From assembly GCA_963796275.1 (NCBI GenBank), contig CAWCKY010000006.1:992001-1056000 (forward strand): 64,000 bases of DNA. Direction: 5' to 3'. Positions 1-11,839 of the stretch are shown piece by piece. Position 1 is the stretch's first letter, and the number at the start of each line of letters is the position of its first letter. The position numbers were made by a program, and so were the translations under genes. A model generated the notes under the pieces. That model searched no databases. It had not been told where the DNA came from and was given only the letters and a program-made list of their open reading frames with translations. This DNA comes from an uncultured Acidobacteriota bacterium. GTDB lineage: Bacteria > Acidobacteriota > Blastocatellia > RBC074.

Positions 1-362
1 GGAACCGAACCGTTTATTTTATGGTCTTATTTTAGATGCTCTGGGTCGAGACGAACGCGATATACGCCTCATCGCATCCAACCAAATTCACAGTGTTGGG
101 TCCAATCTAAATTATCTAATCGGTGAATAGGTGAAACGGTTATCGCCACACTGAATCAATTGTTCGATTTGAATTCATCCAAGCAAAGAGTTTGTCTATT
201 TAATGATGTTCTTATCATAATGCATCCAAATTATTTTGTCTCGTATTTTTTTATGGATATTGATTAATTTTTATCGAGATGAGAGGAATTTTTATGAGCG
301 GATTGGGAGGTTTGGAGCCAGGTAAAACACGGAGAATCAACAGAAAAACAAGGCCTTGATTC

Positions 363-1439
363 TTATTGATCGACCTTGTCCGGGATTGCCTGTAGCTTTT
401 CCGCGATCGAGAACTCACGTTTGGCCTCATCGGTACGCCCGGTTTGTTGAAGGACCTGGCCCAGCATGTAATGGGCCGATTTATTGTTCGGATCGAATTG
501 AATTGCGCGTTTGAGCATTCCTTCGGCGGAAGGTAGGTTCTTCTTTTTCAGGTAGGCTTTCCCGAGCAGAATGTAAGGGCCGCTATAGTACGGATTCAGC
601 CAGACCGATTTTTGCAAGGGTGTGATCGCCTCGTCCCATTTCAGTTGCCGGATGTAAGCGTCGCCGAGTTTGTAGTATGCCATCGCGTTACCGGGATTGA
701 GCGCGATCTCTTTCTCCAGCAGACTGATTCCTTCGTCATAACGCGAGCGGTAGATGGCAATCTGCCCGAGGATGTAATGGGCTTGAGGCAGTTTTGGATC
801 TTTTTCGACTGCCTGTTTCAACTCGGTCTCCGCGAACTCTACTAAATCCATGCGGATCATCATCTGCGCGGTGAGCAGGTGCGCAGCGGCGGATTCAGGA
901 GCGACGCGGAACATCTGCGCAAACGAACCGCGCGCCTTCGCCGGCTGGCGCGTCTGGATGAAAGCCATTCCGAGCGCGTAACTCAGTTCAGTGTTGTCGG
1001 GTGCCCAGGCTCGGGTCTGTTCGAGGAAGGGAATCGCCTCGGCGATCTGGCCGGTGAGGTAGCGGGCCAGCCCGAGCACCTGAACGGTCTCCCGCCGTTC
1101 GATGGATTCGGGGGATAACTGATCGACGATGGGTGAAAGCGTTGCGATTGCGCGCGGCAGATCGTTTGCGTGGTAGTACGCGACGCCAATCAGTTGCGCG
1201 ACTCGAGGGGCTTTGATGTCAGGTAATGATTGCAATTTGGCGATCGCTGCTTTGGGATTGCCGTCGTTGATGAGTGCGCGCGCTTCGGAGAGAGTAGCTG
1301 CAAGTGAATCCGGCTGTTCCTGTGCAGACGCCGGCTTTGCTGAAAATAGAAAAAGGAAACAGAAAAAGCAAAAAGTGGCAAAACGTGGCAAAAAGGCAAT
1401 CATCCTTGGATTATTGCTCCTTTTGCTCCGTTTTGCCAC
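363..1439 (-). CDS. Secreted tetratricopeptide-repeat (TPR) protein
   Basis: Signal peptide ending ...PASA-QEQ, then tandem TPRs (e.g. AHYILGQIA, AYYKLGDAY, AHYMLGQVL). Starts 16 bp downstream of the TBDR on the same strand. The true start may be a few codons later (MIAF). Confidence 0.85.
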   Translation of the reverse strand: MAKRSKRSNNPRMIAFLPRFATFCFFCFLFLFSAKPASAQEQPDSLAATLSEARALINDGNPKAAIAKLQSLPDIKAPRVAQLIGVAYYHANDLPRAIATLSPIVDQLSPESIERRETVQVLGLARYLTGQIAEAIPFLEQTRAWAPDNTELSYALGMAFIQTRQPAKARGSFAQMFRVAPESAAAHLLTAQMMIRMDLVEFAETELKQAVEKDPKLPQAHYILGQIAIYRSRYDEGISLLEKEIALNPGNAMAYYKLGDAYIRQLKWDEAITPLQKSVWLNPYYSGPYILLGKAYLKKKNLPSAEGMLKRAIQFDPNNKSAHYMLGQVLQQTGRTDEAKREFSIAEKLQAIPDKVDQ

Positions 1440-1455
1440 TTATGTTTCCAGCCCT

Positions 1456-4400
1456 TTAGAAGCTGAACCTGAGCCCGAACTGGACGTTGCGCATCAGGTC
1501 AGATCCGTCGTAGGCGACATTGCTGATCACGCCAAAATTGGAGCTATCCCGATTTGCGGCGGGGTTACCCCTGTTGACCTGATTGAAAAAGTTCACCGCC
1601 TCGACCCGGAATTCCAATTCCTTGCTCTCCGAGAACCTCATCTTTTTGAAGAGCGATGCGTCGGTCCGCCAGTAACCTGGCCCGCGGAAAGCATTGCGCC
1701 TGAGGTTACCAAATGTGCCCACGGCAGGAGTTGTAAAGACCGAAAGATCAGCCGTGTAACTATTCCCTGACAACTCGAAGTTTGGATCGCCGTTGATGTT
1801 CGGACGACTCGGCCCGGTGTCACTAATTCCTGCGTTGTTGAATGTGACGTTGAATGGCAGTCCACTCTGGATCGTCGTGTTCGAATTGAACTGCCAGCCG
1901 CCGACTACCCAATCCAGTGAACGGGAAACTCCATTGAAGTATCGCCGCCCTCTGCCGATGGGTAATTCCCACACCTGTGAAAAGACGAAGTTGTGTTTGC
2001 GGTTCCAATCCGCTATGCCGCGGCTAAGCTCCCGATCGATGAAGAAATAGTCGCCGCCATCCTGAACCGCGCGCTGTAAGGTGTAGTGGGCCAGGATCGA
2101 ATAGCCCTTCGAAAAACGCTTCTCGACCTTAGTCTGCCATGAATCGTAGCGGTTATCGGCGCAGTTGCAGAAATAGCGAAAATCCTGCGTCCAGCCGAAC
2201 TGGTTAAAGAAAGGCTTGCGATTGTTGAACGGTATGGTGCCGAAGCCTTCCAGGGTCGCCTGGTTGTTGTTCGAATCGGGACCATCGCCGGCGAAGACGT
2301 GAGTTCCCTTGTTGCCGACGTACCCGGTCTCGAGGGATACGGTGTCGGTGACTTGCCATTGTACCGTCGCGTTGTAAGCGTCGACCGAAGGCAGCCGCTG
2401 CTTGGACGGCAAGACGAAAGATCGTACGCCATCCGGCAGGAAGAATCGCCCGTTCGCCGGCATCGAGGTGTTTGGCGTCCCGCCTTGATTCGGGGGGGCA
2501 TTCAGGCCGAAGAAGTTGGGTAGACCCGGCGGCCCTTGATCGAGCGTGAAGACGCGTGCGAAGTCCGGGGCATTCAGATTCTGGATCGCCAGCACCGGTA
2601 AATTCTGCGTCACTGAGTGGCCGAAAAGCGAACCGAAAACCCCGATGTCATAGCTGCGGCCATAACCGACGCGCACCACCAATCTGTCGGTAGCCCTGTA
2701 CGCGAGAGCGACGCGCGGAGCGAAATTGACGCTGTTCTGGATATTGCCAGACATATTGACATCGCCAATGCCCGGCACCAGCACCTCGCCGGTGTCCTGA
2801 TTGAGGAACCCGCCATTACCGGGTTGGTTGAGCGTCTGGGGGTTGATGATGTCGAGGCGCAGCCCGTAGTTGAACGTCAGCTTCTGGTTGACGCGCCAGG
2901 AGTCCTGACCGTAGTAGAAGTGGCGCCACTGTCGCTCGCGCGCGTTAAAGTTAGTGCTGATGTAACGATTGAAGGTCGTCACGTCGCCGAGCAGAAAGGT
3001 CGCCATACCGAGACCGCCGCCACTCACTCCACGCGTGCGGTTATTGGAGAATGTCAGCTCGCCGGCGCGATGCGAATCGCTAGGTATGCGCAGGTTGTAT
3101 GCCCGACGCACGTCCACGCCGAATTTGAGCGTGTGGTTGCCCATGAACTTGGTCGTATTGCTCACGAACTGGAATTGATTCTCATCCTGATCGAGAGGGC
3201 AGTTACAGCGGTTGACGCCGAGACCGGAACCGAACTCAAACCGATTATCATCGGTGGCGCCCGGCTGCTCGATGAACCCGGCAAATAGGCCGGAGGAGAA
3301 ATCATCAAGGTTCAGGCCAGGGACGCCGACATCGGTCGCAGAAGTCAGGCCGAAATCGAAAGGCAATACGTTGACCTTATAGCGGAAGAACCCGAAGCGG
3401 AAATCGGTCACCAGAGTCGACGACAAGGTATAATCCAAACCGAAAGCGACGCTATGGTTGCGTACCTTGGATGTGCCGCCGAGCGTTACAATTTCGTGGC
3501 CTCCTGCCTGACCGAAAGCTGATGGGCCTACGCGGCTGAAGTCGGCGAAGCTGTATCGGCCGAAGAGATTGAGTTTATCTGATATCTTACCGTCGCCGCG
3601 GAAATCGATACTGTCCTTGTCGAATCCCTCGATGCCCGACGCCACATAGTTGTTAATCGTTCCGTTATTCTGGCCCGCCGCATTCGGCAATGGGATCAAT
3701 TGCAAAATGTTGAGCGCTTGTTGCGAGATGCGCCCCATCGGTATGCTGTTTCCAGCAAACTGAGTGCGAGAAACGAGGTTGCCCATGGCACCGACGACAG
3801 ACGTATCCGGATCATAGATGTTCACGCCATACGCGCTCAGATCCCCATTGCGGGCACCTATCGTTGGCACCGTCAGCAGACGTGAGCCTCCGGTCTTGCT
3901 GCGAATCCCGTCATAGTCGCCAAAGAAGAAAACACGATTCTTGATGATCGGACCACCGATGGCGCCCCCGAATTGATTGCGCAATGTGTCAGGAATGAAT
4001 TGGCCGGTCACGGAATCTCGTTGAGTTTGCGAGAAAGGATTGCGTGCTTGAAGCTGATCGTTCCGTCGGAAGCCGTATACAGCACCGTGCAGGTCGTTCG
4101 TTCCCGATTTCGTCGAAACCGACACAACGCCGGCTATCGCCTGGCCAAATTCAGCGTCGTAGTTCTGCGACGTGATCTTGGTTTCGCCGATCGCCTCGAA
4201 ATTCGGGTTTACGACGATGATGCCGAGAATCGGGTCGCGGTTCTCGGTGCCGTCCAGCTGATACCCGGTGCCGCTGAAATGCTGCCCGTTGACCATGGTC
4301 TGGGTCGAACCCTGCGGGTTTTCACTGGCGGCGTGTTGAAAGCCGAGTTGCTGTGTGCCCGGAGTCAGCAGAATGAACTTGGTGAAATTGCGGTCCAATA

Positions 4401-4851
4401 TCGGCAGGTCAGTCACCTGTTTCGTCTCGAAGGTGACCGCCACATCGGCGCGGTCGGTCTTCAATACCGGCGCGGCAGCCGTGATCGTAATCTCTTCCGA
4501 GAGCTGACCCGCTTGCAGCTGGATGTTCGACTCGGTGGCTCTGTCTACGTTGACGACCACTGGTTCGACCACCGTAGATTTGAATCCGGTGGCTTCGATT
4601 TTGATCCGATATGTTCCGGGAATTAGCCGAGTCTGATTGAAATTTCCCGACTCGTTGCTCTTCACCGTCTCGGTCACGTTCGTGTTTATATTAGTGATCG
4701 TGAGAGTCGCACCCGGTACTACACCGCCTGATGTATCGGTCACGATGCCGAAGATGCTTCCATATACCGCCTGCCCGAATGAGGCGGTCGCCAGCGCTAT
4801 GCAGATGGACAAGCTAATTGCGAAGAGAGAGAACTTCTCGATCGCTCTCAT
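1456..4851 (-). CDS. TonB-dependent receptor with N-terminal carboxypeptidase regulatory-like domain (Oar-like, acidobacterial type)
   Basis: Signal peptide; GSIFGIVTDTSGGVVPGA N-domain; plug motifs (TKSGTN, NQFGGAIGGPI); C-terminal VQFGLRFSF beta-barrel signal; SD GGAGG upstream. Confidence 0.92.
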   Translation of the reverse strand: MRAIEKFSLFAISLSICIALATASFGQAVYGSIFGIVTDTSGGVVPGATLTITNINTNVTETVKSNESGNFNQTRLIPGTYRIKIEATGFKSTVVEPVVVNVDRATESNIQLQAGQLSEEITITAAAPVLKTDRADVAVTFETKQVTDLPILDRNFTKFILLTPGTQQLGFQHAASENPQGSTQTMVNGQHFSGTGYQLDGTENRDPILGIIVVNPNFEAIGETKITSQNYDAEFGQAIAGVVSVSTKSGTNDLHGAVYGFRRNDQLQARNPFSQTQRDSVTGQFIPDTLRNQFGGAIGGPIIKNRVFFFGDYDGIRSKTGGSRLLTVPTIGARNGDLSAYGVNIYDPDTSVVGAMGNLVSRTQFAGNSIPMGRISQQALNILQLIPLPNAAGQNNGTINNYVASGIEGFDKDSIDFRGDGKISDKLNLFGRYSFADFSRVGPSAFGQAGGHEIVTLGGTSKVRNHSVAFGLDYTLSSTLVTDFRFGFFRYKVNVLPFDFGLTSATDVGVPGLNLDDFSSGLFAGFIEQPGATDDNRFEFGSGLGVNRCNCPLDQDENQFQFVSNTTKFMGNHTLKFGVDVRRAYNLRIPSDSHRAGELTFSNNRTRGVSGGGLGMATFLLGDVTTFNRYISTNFNARERQWRHFYYGQDSWRVNQKLTFNYGLRLDIINPQTLNQPGNGGFLNQDTGEVLVPGIGDVNMSGNIQNSVNFAPRVALAYRATDRLVVRVGYGRSYDIGVFGSLFGHSVTQNLPVLAIQNLNAPDFARVFTLDQGPPGLPNFFGLNAPPNQGGTPNTSMPANGRFFLPDGVRSFVLPSKQRLPSVDAYNATVQWQVTDTVSLETGYVGNKGTHVFAGDGPDSNNNQATLEGFGTIPFNNRKPFFNQFGWTQDFRYFCNCADNRYDSWQTKVEKRFSKGYSILAHYTLQRAVQDGGDYFFIDRELSRGIADWNRKHNFVFSQVWELPIGRGRRYFNGVSRSLDWVVGGWQFNSNTTIQSGLPFNVTFNNAGISDTGPSRPNINGDPNFELSGNSYTADLSVFTTPAVGTFGNLRRNAFRGPGYWRTDASLFKKMRFSESKELEFRVEAVNFFNQVNRGNPAANRDSSNFGVISNVAYDGSDLMRNVQFGLRFSF

Positions 4852-5134
4852 AAGATTTCCCTCCTGTTCTTAATCAGCGCAACCCGTACCGGCTGCGCTG
4901 ATCAGTCAGTCAGTTGTTTCGTTAATGATTATGTTGAACAGAATTTGCAAATCCCAGCAAAGCTTGATTTTTTTATGAGTCGCCACAAGCTTTCAATTTT
5001 GGTGTCAATGATTTGAAATGTATTGAACGGATTGAAAGTTTTATCAGGGCCTAATTTTAGATCCTTTTTAGATCAGGGCTGTGAAATTCTTTTTCAATAA
5101 ATTTGGCGACTCGAACAGAATAGTTGGTGAATGC

Positions 5135-5162
5135 TTGCTTTGACAGTTACTGGAAGTATAAT
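5135..5162 (+). promoter_or_regulatory. Putative sigma70 promoter for the regulator gene
   Basis: TTGCTT (5135-5140), 16 bp spacer, TATAAT (5157-5162), about 90 bp upstream of ATG 5255. Confidence 0.45.
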
Positions 5163-5219
5163 ACGGTTACGTCCTTCATTATCATTATGTTATACGACAT
5201 GTAACGCGGCGTTAAATGG

Positions 5220-5243
5220 ACGTTACAGATAGAGATGTAACGT
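5220..5243. promoter_or_regulatory. Perfect inverted repeat ACGTTACA-N8-TGTAACGT, candidate operator
   Basis: Seen directly 12 bp upstream of ATG 5255. An additional TGTAACG half-site lies at 5200. Confidence 0.4.
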
Positions 5244-5254
5244 TGTTGTAGCAG

Positions 5255-6715
5255 ATGCAAATCCCTAAGGAAGAAAAACTTACGCAATTGGACAAGATCT
5301 TGCACGGGCGTTCTCTGCAAGGATCGGAAAATCTCAAAGCTTTCCTGAGGTTTGTGGTTGATCGAGCGATTGAGGGGCAGGAGAGCCAGCTGAAAGAGTA
5401 TGTCATAGCGACGGAGGTTTTTGGCCGCGGGAAGGCCTTCGATTCGCGAATCGACTCGGCTGTCCGGGTTCAGGCTGGAAGGCTCAGGACGAAGCTCCAG
5501 GAGTATTACGCGACCGAGGGAAAAGAAGACGAAATCGTCATCGACTTACCGAAGGGCCAATACACTCCGGTCTTCTCGTATGCTCGCAAAACTTATGAGC
5601 AGGAATTAAGTGAGGGAGCCTCTCCGCCCCCCGTTTTGCCGGCGAGTGATCCACCGGTATCGATCGCCACGCAAATCTCACCGCTCAAACAAAAAGATTC
5701 ATCTCGCGTGACGGCGGAGGGCAATTGGCGCGAGGGCAAACGCTCGACCGGGCCGCGCACCATCTGGCGAAGGATGAGCACGGTAGTCGCTTTCGTTTCA
5801 TTGTTGCTATCGATCTTGTTTGGCTTCTTAACGCTTCATTATCGGGCGAAGTCCGCCGAGGATTCGTTTTTATTCGGGTTTTCCGGAGAGACGGAAATAC
5901 TAGACCGGGGTGTGATCGAACCGCTGTGGGGGGATTTTTTGAACTCGCCCGAACCGGTGCTGGTGGTATACAGCAACACGCTCTTCAAGGGCACAGCCGA
6001 AGAGGGGATGAAGCTCCTCAAATCTCTCGATGCCCCGGGCAGCAGTCTCGGCTCGCCCGTGATCCCGCAGAGCGAGACGGAGCAAGTCCGGGAGCCGGTG
6101 ATCGATCTCTACACTGGCATCGGCGAAGTGATGGGAGCTTATTATCTGGGGGATTTCTTCGCGAGGGTACGCCACGCTTCTCGAGTCAAACGCAGTCTGC
6201 TGCTGACCTGGGAAGAGGTGAAGACTCAGAATGTCGTGGTTCTCGGTTCGCCGGCGGAGAATCTCTTCCTGCGCGACCTGCCTCAGAAGCAGGACTTCAT
6301 ATTCAAGCCTATTTTGCCGGATGCCACAGATTTTCATTATAAGGGGAAGAAAATCTTCGGCATCGTCAACACAAAACCTCGGCCGGGCGAGCAGGAATTT
6401 TACCTGGCTAAACAGGATGGCCCGTCGCGCAGCCAGATATCGGAAGATTTTGCGGTCGTGAGCCTGCTCGAAGGCTTGAATGGCGGCAACAGCCTGTTGA
6501 TCCTCGCGGGTATAACTACTATCGGTACGCAGGCCTCGGTCGAATATGTGACCAAACCCGACTACATGCGCGATCTGATCAGGCACCTGAACACGGCGCC
6601 GGCCGGCAGCCCGCCGAAATTGCCCGACAATTATCAAGTATTATTGCGGGTTAAGGTGAATGGAGGGGTTCCGGTGCAGGTCTCTTATGTAACTCACCAC
6701 GTGTTGAATCAGTAA
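5255..6715 (+). CDS. Membrane-anchored one-component regulator (N-terminal winged-HTH-like domain, one TM helix, periplasmic domain)
   Basis: N-terminus FLRFVVD...LKEYVIATEVFGR...FDSRIDSAVRVQAGRLRTKL...IDLPKGQYTP; TM segment VVAFVSLLLSILFGFLTL; long C-terminal extracytoplasmic domain; divergent from the TBDR. Confidence 0.7.
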   Translation: MQIPKEEKLTQLDKILHGRSLQGSENLKAFLRFVVDRAIEGQESQLKEYVIATEVFGRGKAFDSRIDSAVRVQAGRLRTKLQEYYATEGKEDEIVIDLPKGQYTPVFSYARKTYEQELSEGASPPPVLPASDPPVSIATQISPLKQKDSSRVTAEGNWREGKRSTGPRTIWRRMSTVVAFVSLLLSILFGFLTLHYRAKSAEDSFLFGFSGETEILDRGVIEPLWGDFLNSPEPVLVVYSNTLFKGTAEEGMKLLKSLDAPGSSLGSPVIPQSETEQVREPVIDLYTGIGEVMGAYYLGDFFARVRHASRVKRSLLLTWEEVKTQNVVVLGSPAENLFLRDLPQKQDFIFKPILPDATDFHYKGKKIFGIVNTKPRPGEQEFYLAKQDGPSRSQISEDFAVVSLLEGLNGGNSLLILAGITTIGTQASVEYVTKPDYMRDLIRHLNTAPAGSPPKLPDNYQVLLRVKVNGGVPVQVSYVTHHVLNQ

Positions 6716-6827
6716 CACATAAGAATAGGAAATCAAAAGTACGAAGAATAAAATAAGCTTCCGGTCTATTTGTTTTCTGACCATGGTTGCATTCTTTCTG
6801 TCACTTCTTATGGATTACAGAGGGCCG

Positions 6828-9611
6828 CTATTTCTGACCTAGGTCGAGCTGAACGGTTTGCCGCAGATAGCCGCCGCCTTCCGTTTCAGGCATTGATATG
6901 CCAAGGATGGTTTCATATGACGAACCTTGATTGGTGAGACTCGGTTTTATCTCGGCGTTGGTTGCCTTAAGGATCGGCTTTCGACTTCGTATATGAAGTT
7001 GATATGTGCGACCGCCGCGCCCCTCAATGACGACATGAACAATGTTGCCGTCGACTCTGGTACTGAGGAGCTTGAGCGATTGCGATTTGTCGCCGGGGCG
7101 TGCGTTCAATCGTTCGGTCGAGACCTCTATGCCCGGTAAATAGTTGACAGCAACGTTCATTTGATTCGGGCTCTCGGCGCCGGATGTGATACGGAATCGA
7201 CCGGCGATGTGATGCGAGCTGCGAATCACATCGAATTTACGATCCTGGCCATCGCCTTTCACATTGAGGATCACACTCTCAGGAGGAAATGCCAATTCAA
7301 AAGAGAACTCTGTTCTTGAGGATGAAGGTTGCAATCGATTGGCGGTCAGATAGAGGGTTCGGACTCCTGCGGCCGTATCGAAAGGTGATTTTTTCATCAC
7401 TATATTCCATTTTTGGTCCCCCAGTCGAAAGTTGTTGACCGTTACCTCGTCCCATGAAGCCGGGATTTGCGGAGCCACGATTATCCGGTTGCCGGTCGCT
7501 TCAGCTTCAAGCCCCAACAATCCCCGCACCAAAGGGGTTACCACCATGGCACAGCTCCATATCTGATGATGGCTGCTGCGGCCGAATGCTTGATTGAAAT
7601 CTCCCGACAGCAACTCGGTCACATAACCGAGCGCATTATCGTAAGTCAGCTGGGCGTTTGCCATCAGATAGTCGTAACCGATCTGCGGGCGGTGATATCG
7701 ATAAGCGGCCATTGAAGCCCAACCCGTAAACAGGGGCCAGACCGACCCGTAGTGATAACTCAGCGGGTCATAGATCGGGCTTTGATTCGACAAGATTCGC
7801 GCGCCCCAATCGGCGCTCATCTCCGCTCCGCCGATTCGATCGAGCATCCGATCGGCGCGCATATCATCGAGTAATCCCCACCACATCGGCACCGCGGGCA
7901 GCACAGTCGCCTCGTCTATCAGCTTCGATTCGCGCAATTCCTTCATCCGCGTTTTGACGGCAGGATTTTTTTCGTTCAGTTCCTCGTCGCCCGGTTCGCC
8001 GCGCGGTTGATTCGTGGCGAAGGCGTAAATCTGTTTCGCGTCGACCCAGTAGACCCGTTCGACTGTTTGCCGGACCCGGTCGGCCTGTTGTTTCGCTTCC
8101 TCCGCCAGCTTCGCATCCACGCCGAGCGCGCCGGCCATCATAGCCAGCGAGCGGAGTGCCTCTATCCATAGGCCCTGCTGATAAATCTCTTCGTGCGCCG
8201 GGTAGAGCCTGCCGCCTTCGACCCACCCGTGGCCGAATTTTGTATTTTCGATGAGCGAATTGCCGTCGGTGTCGGTTGCGAGCGAGAAGCGATAGGCCTT
8301 GAGAATCGAGTCCCAGCTCGCTCGCGTGAACTCGCGATCGCCGCTCGCGCGCAGGTAGTCGGCGTGCGCGATGAGGTAGAGCGGCGTCGCATCTGCGCTG
8401 GCCCACGGATAGATGTAATCGGAAAACCACGGAATCAAGCCGGCCGATTGCGAAATTTCATGCGGAATCTTCCCGTCCGCGCGTTGCACCTTCTTTAAAA
8501 ACGCGAGCGACGTTTTCGTTGCGTCAAAATCGCCATACGAATTGATCGCGAAACTCGTCCACAATGAGTCACGGCCGAAGTACCAGGCGAAGCCGGGCCG
8601 CTCGCTATTGCCAGATGTGCGAAAGCCGGCGACCAGGCCAGTACCGAGATATGGGTTGGTCGCCAGTCCTTTATCGATACCGACTTTCGCCCACGCGAAC
8701 GCCGTATTCAATCGTTCATCCGGCGTCGTGATGCTCAAGGTCTCTTCGTTCACCCGGCGATAATGGGCGACCGTCTGTTCATAGAGCGGCCGAATGTTGT
8801 TGAGCAATTTTTGATATGTCACGCGCGCTTTCGACCTCCCCTCGACGCTCCCCGAGATCACGATCGGAATGTAGCTTTTTCTGAGGGAATCGTCAGTGAG
8901 ATCGAGGACAAATCTCGTCGGCACATCGCGCGGTTCCTCCTGGTAAGGCATCACCGAAACATCCCTGAGCGCCGGTGACCCTATGATGCCGGCGAAGCGA
9001 TTCGATTCTTCGACGATGTAATAGGCCTTCTCTTTTCTGTTGAAATCGACATTGCCGGTCATCAGGCCGGCGGGCCACATCAGGCTCAGCTTCGGGCGGA
9101 AGGAGCCGATCACCTCTATCGGCAGGGCGCTTTCGATGTCGAGCAAAATCACGATGCCGGGTTCGTCGATCGGGGCGAAGATTGTCTCGCGGACGGTGAA
9201 GGCCGCGTGCGAGTATGTAAATGTCGTCGCTTCCGGCCGGACATTGATTCGGGTGAGTATGTCCGCGCCTTCGAATGCGAGCGGATAGCCTTCTATCTTG
9301 AACGACAGTTGAAAATCATCGGCAATCTTCAACGGGTAAACCCAGGTTTCCATTCCGCGGTGCTCGTAGCCGAGAGCTACTGCGCGGCGGCCGGCGACAT
9401 CGAAGAATGAGCCGGATTGTGTACGCCGTTCCAGTTCGAGCCCGCTTTTGGGAAAAGCGAACTTCGGCGGTAGCCCTTGCTTTGGCGCAGTTTGTGACTG
9501 GCTGGCAGCCGCCATAGTGGCCAATAACGAGAGGGCGATAACGAAATGGGCGAAGGGATTACTTTTCAAGGCGTGCTCCAGTCGGAAGTAGGAAAAGACT
9601 CTATAACCCAA
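6828..9611 (-). CDS. Secreted (alpha/alpha)6 glycoside hydrolase, amylo-alpha-1,6-glucosidase/glycogen-debranching-like
   Basis: Motifs AWYFGRDSLW, GKIPHE, ADATPLY, YHYGSVWP; signal peptide-like FVIALSLLATMAAA. Exact start uncertain. Confidence 0.8.
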   Translation of the reverse strand: MGYRVFSYFRLEHALKSNPFAHFVIALSLLATMAAASQSQTAPKQGLPPKFAFPKSGLELERRTQSGSFFDVAGRRAVALGYEHRGMETWVYPLKIADDFQLSFKIEGYPLAFEGADILTRINVRPEATTFTYSHAAFTVRETIFAPIDEPGIVILLDIESALPIEVIGSFRPKLSLMWPAGLMTGNVDFNRKEKAYYIVEESNRFAGIIGSPALRDVSVMPYQEEPRDVPTRFVLDLTDDSLRKSYIPIVISGSVEGRSKARVTYQKLLNNIRPLYEQTVAHYRRVNEETLSITTPDERLNTAFAWAKVGIDKGLATNPYLGTGLVAGFRTSGNSERPGFAWYFGRDSLWTSFAINSYGDFDATKTSLAFLKKVQRADGKIPHEISQSAGLIPWFSDYIYPWASADATPLYLIAHADYLRASGDREFTRASWDSILKAYRFSLATDTDGNSLIENTKFGHGWVEGGRLYPAHEEIYQQGLWIEALRSLAMMAGALGVDAKLAEEAKQQADRVRQTVERVYWVDAKQIYAFATNQPRGEPGDEELNEKNPAVKTRMKELRESKLIDEATVLPAVPMWWGLLDDMRADRMLDRIGGAEMSADWGARILSNQSPIYDPLSYHYGSVWPLFTGWASMAAYRYHRPQIGYDYLMANAQLTYDNALGYVTELLSGDFNQAFGRSSHHQIWSCAMVVTPLVRGLLGLEAEATGNRIIVAPQIPASWDEVTVNNFRLGDQKWNIVMKKSPFDTAAGVRTLYLTANRLQPSSSRTEFSFELAFPPESVILNVKGDGQDRKFDVIRSSHHIAGRFRITSGAESPNQMNVAVNYLPGIEVSTERLNARPGDKSQSLKLLSTRVDGNIVHVVIEGRGGRTYQLHIRSRKPILKATNAEIKPSLTNQGSSYETILGISMPETEGGGYLRQTVQLDLGQK

Positions 9612-9721
9612 GCTAATGCGACATCTTCAATGGACTCGTCAAGCGAAACCGGTGAATAGGCATTACCATACTCGTGCTCTGGGTTCCATTTGCAGGATCC
9701 TCGGATTATATTGTCGCCATT

Positions 9722-11518
<1,797 letters not shown>

Positions 11519-11525
11519 GTGAAGC

Positions 11526-11778
11526 AATAACTGAGAGTGAGAATAAAAGGTCATTGAAATCAACAATATCGGTACTGAGCGCCAGGGGCGCGGGATGTAT
11601 ATAGAACTAATTCTCCAACTTCTCGCAAGCTCCGGAGGAGCGAAATATGAATGCCAGTATGTCGCTCCGGAGCTTGCGAGAACCTGGGTAGTCGAACGCT
11701 ATATACATCAGGCTCCTCCGGAGCCAATCAGAAACTATTGATAATGACAAACTTTAATTTTGCACAGTCCTTAAATTA
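11526..11778. mobile_element. MITE-like element, copy 1 (degenerate left end)
   Basis: Aligns along its length with the reverse complement of 62510-62768 (shared blocks GTCATTGAA, CTGAGCGCCAG.GGCGCGGGATGT, GCTCCGGAGGAGCG, CTATATACATC.GGCTCCTCCGGAGCCAATC, TTTGCACAGTCCT). Ends are approximate. Confidence 0.7.
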
Positions 11779-11839
11779 CTGCGCGAACTTGCGTCTCGCT
11801 CGCAGTCTAAAGAGACCGCAAACCTCCATACTGATTGCA

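Noticed and set aside
130-145. LacI-type operator (GTGAAACGGTTATC) in the AT-rich left edge
   Set aside because: Imperfect symmetry, and the regulated gene would lie outside the window.
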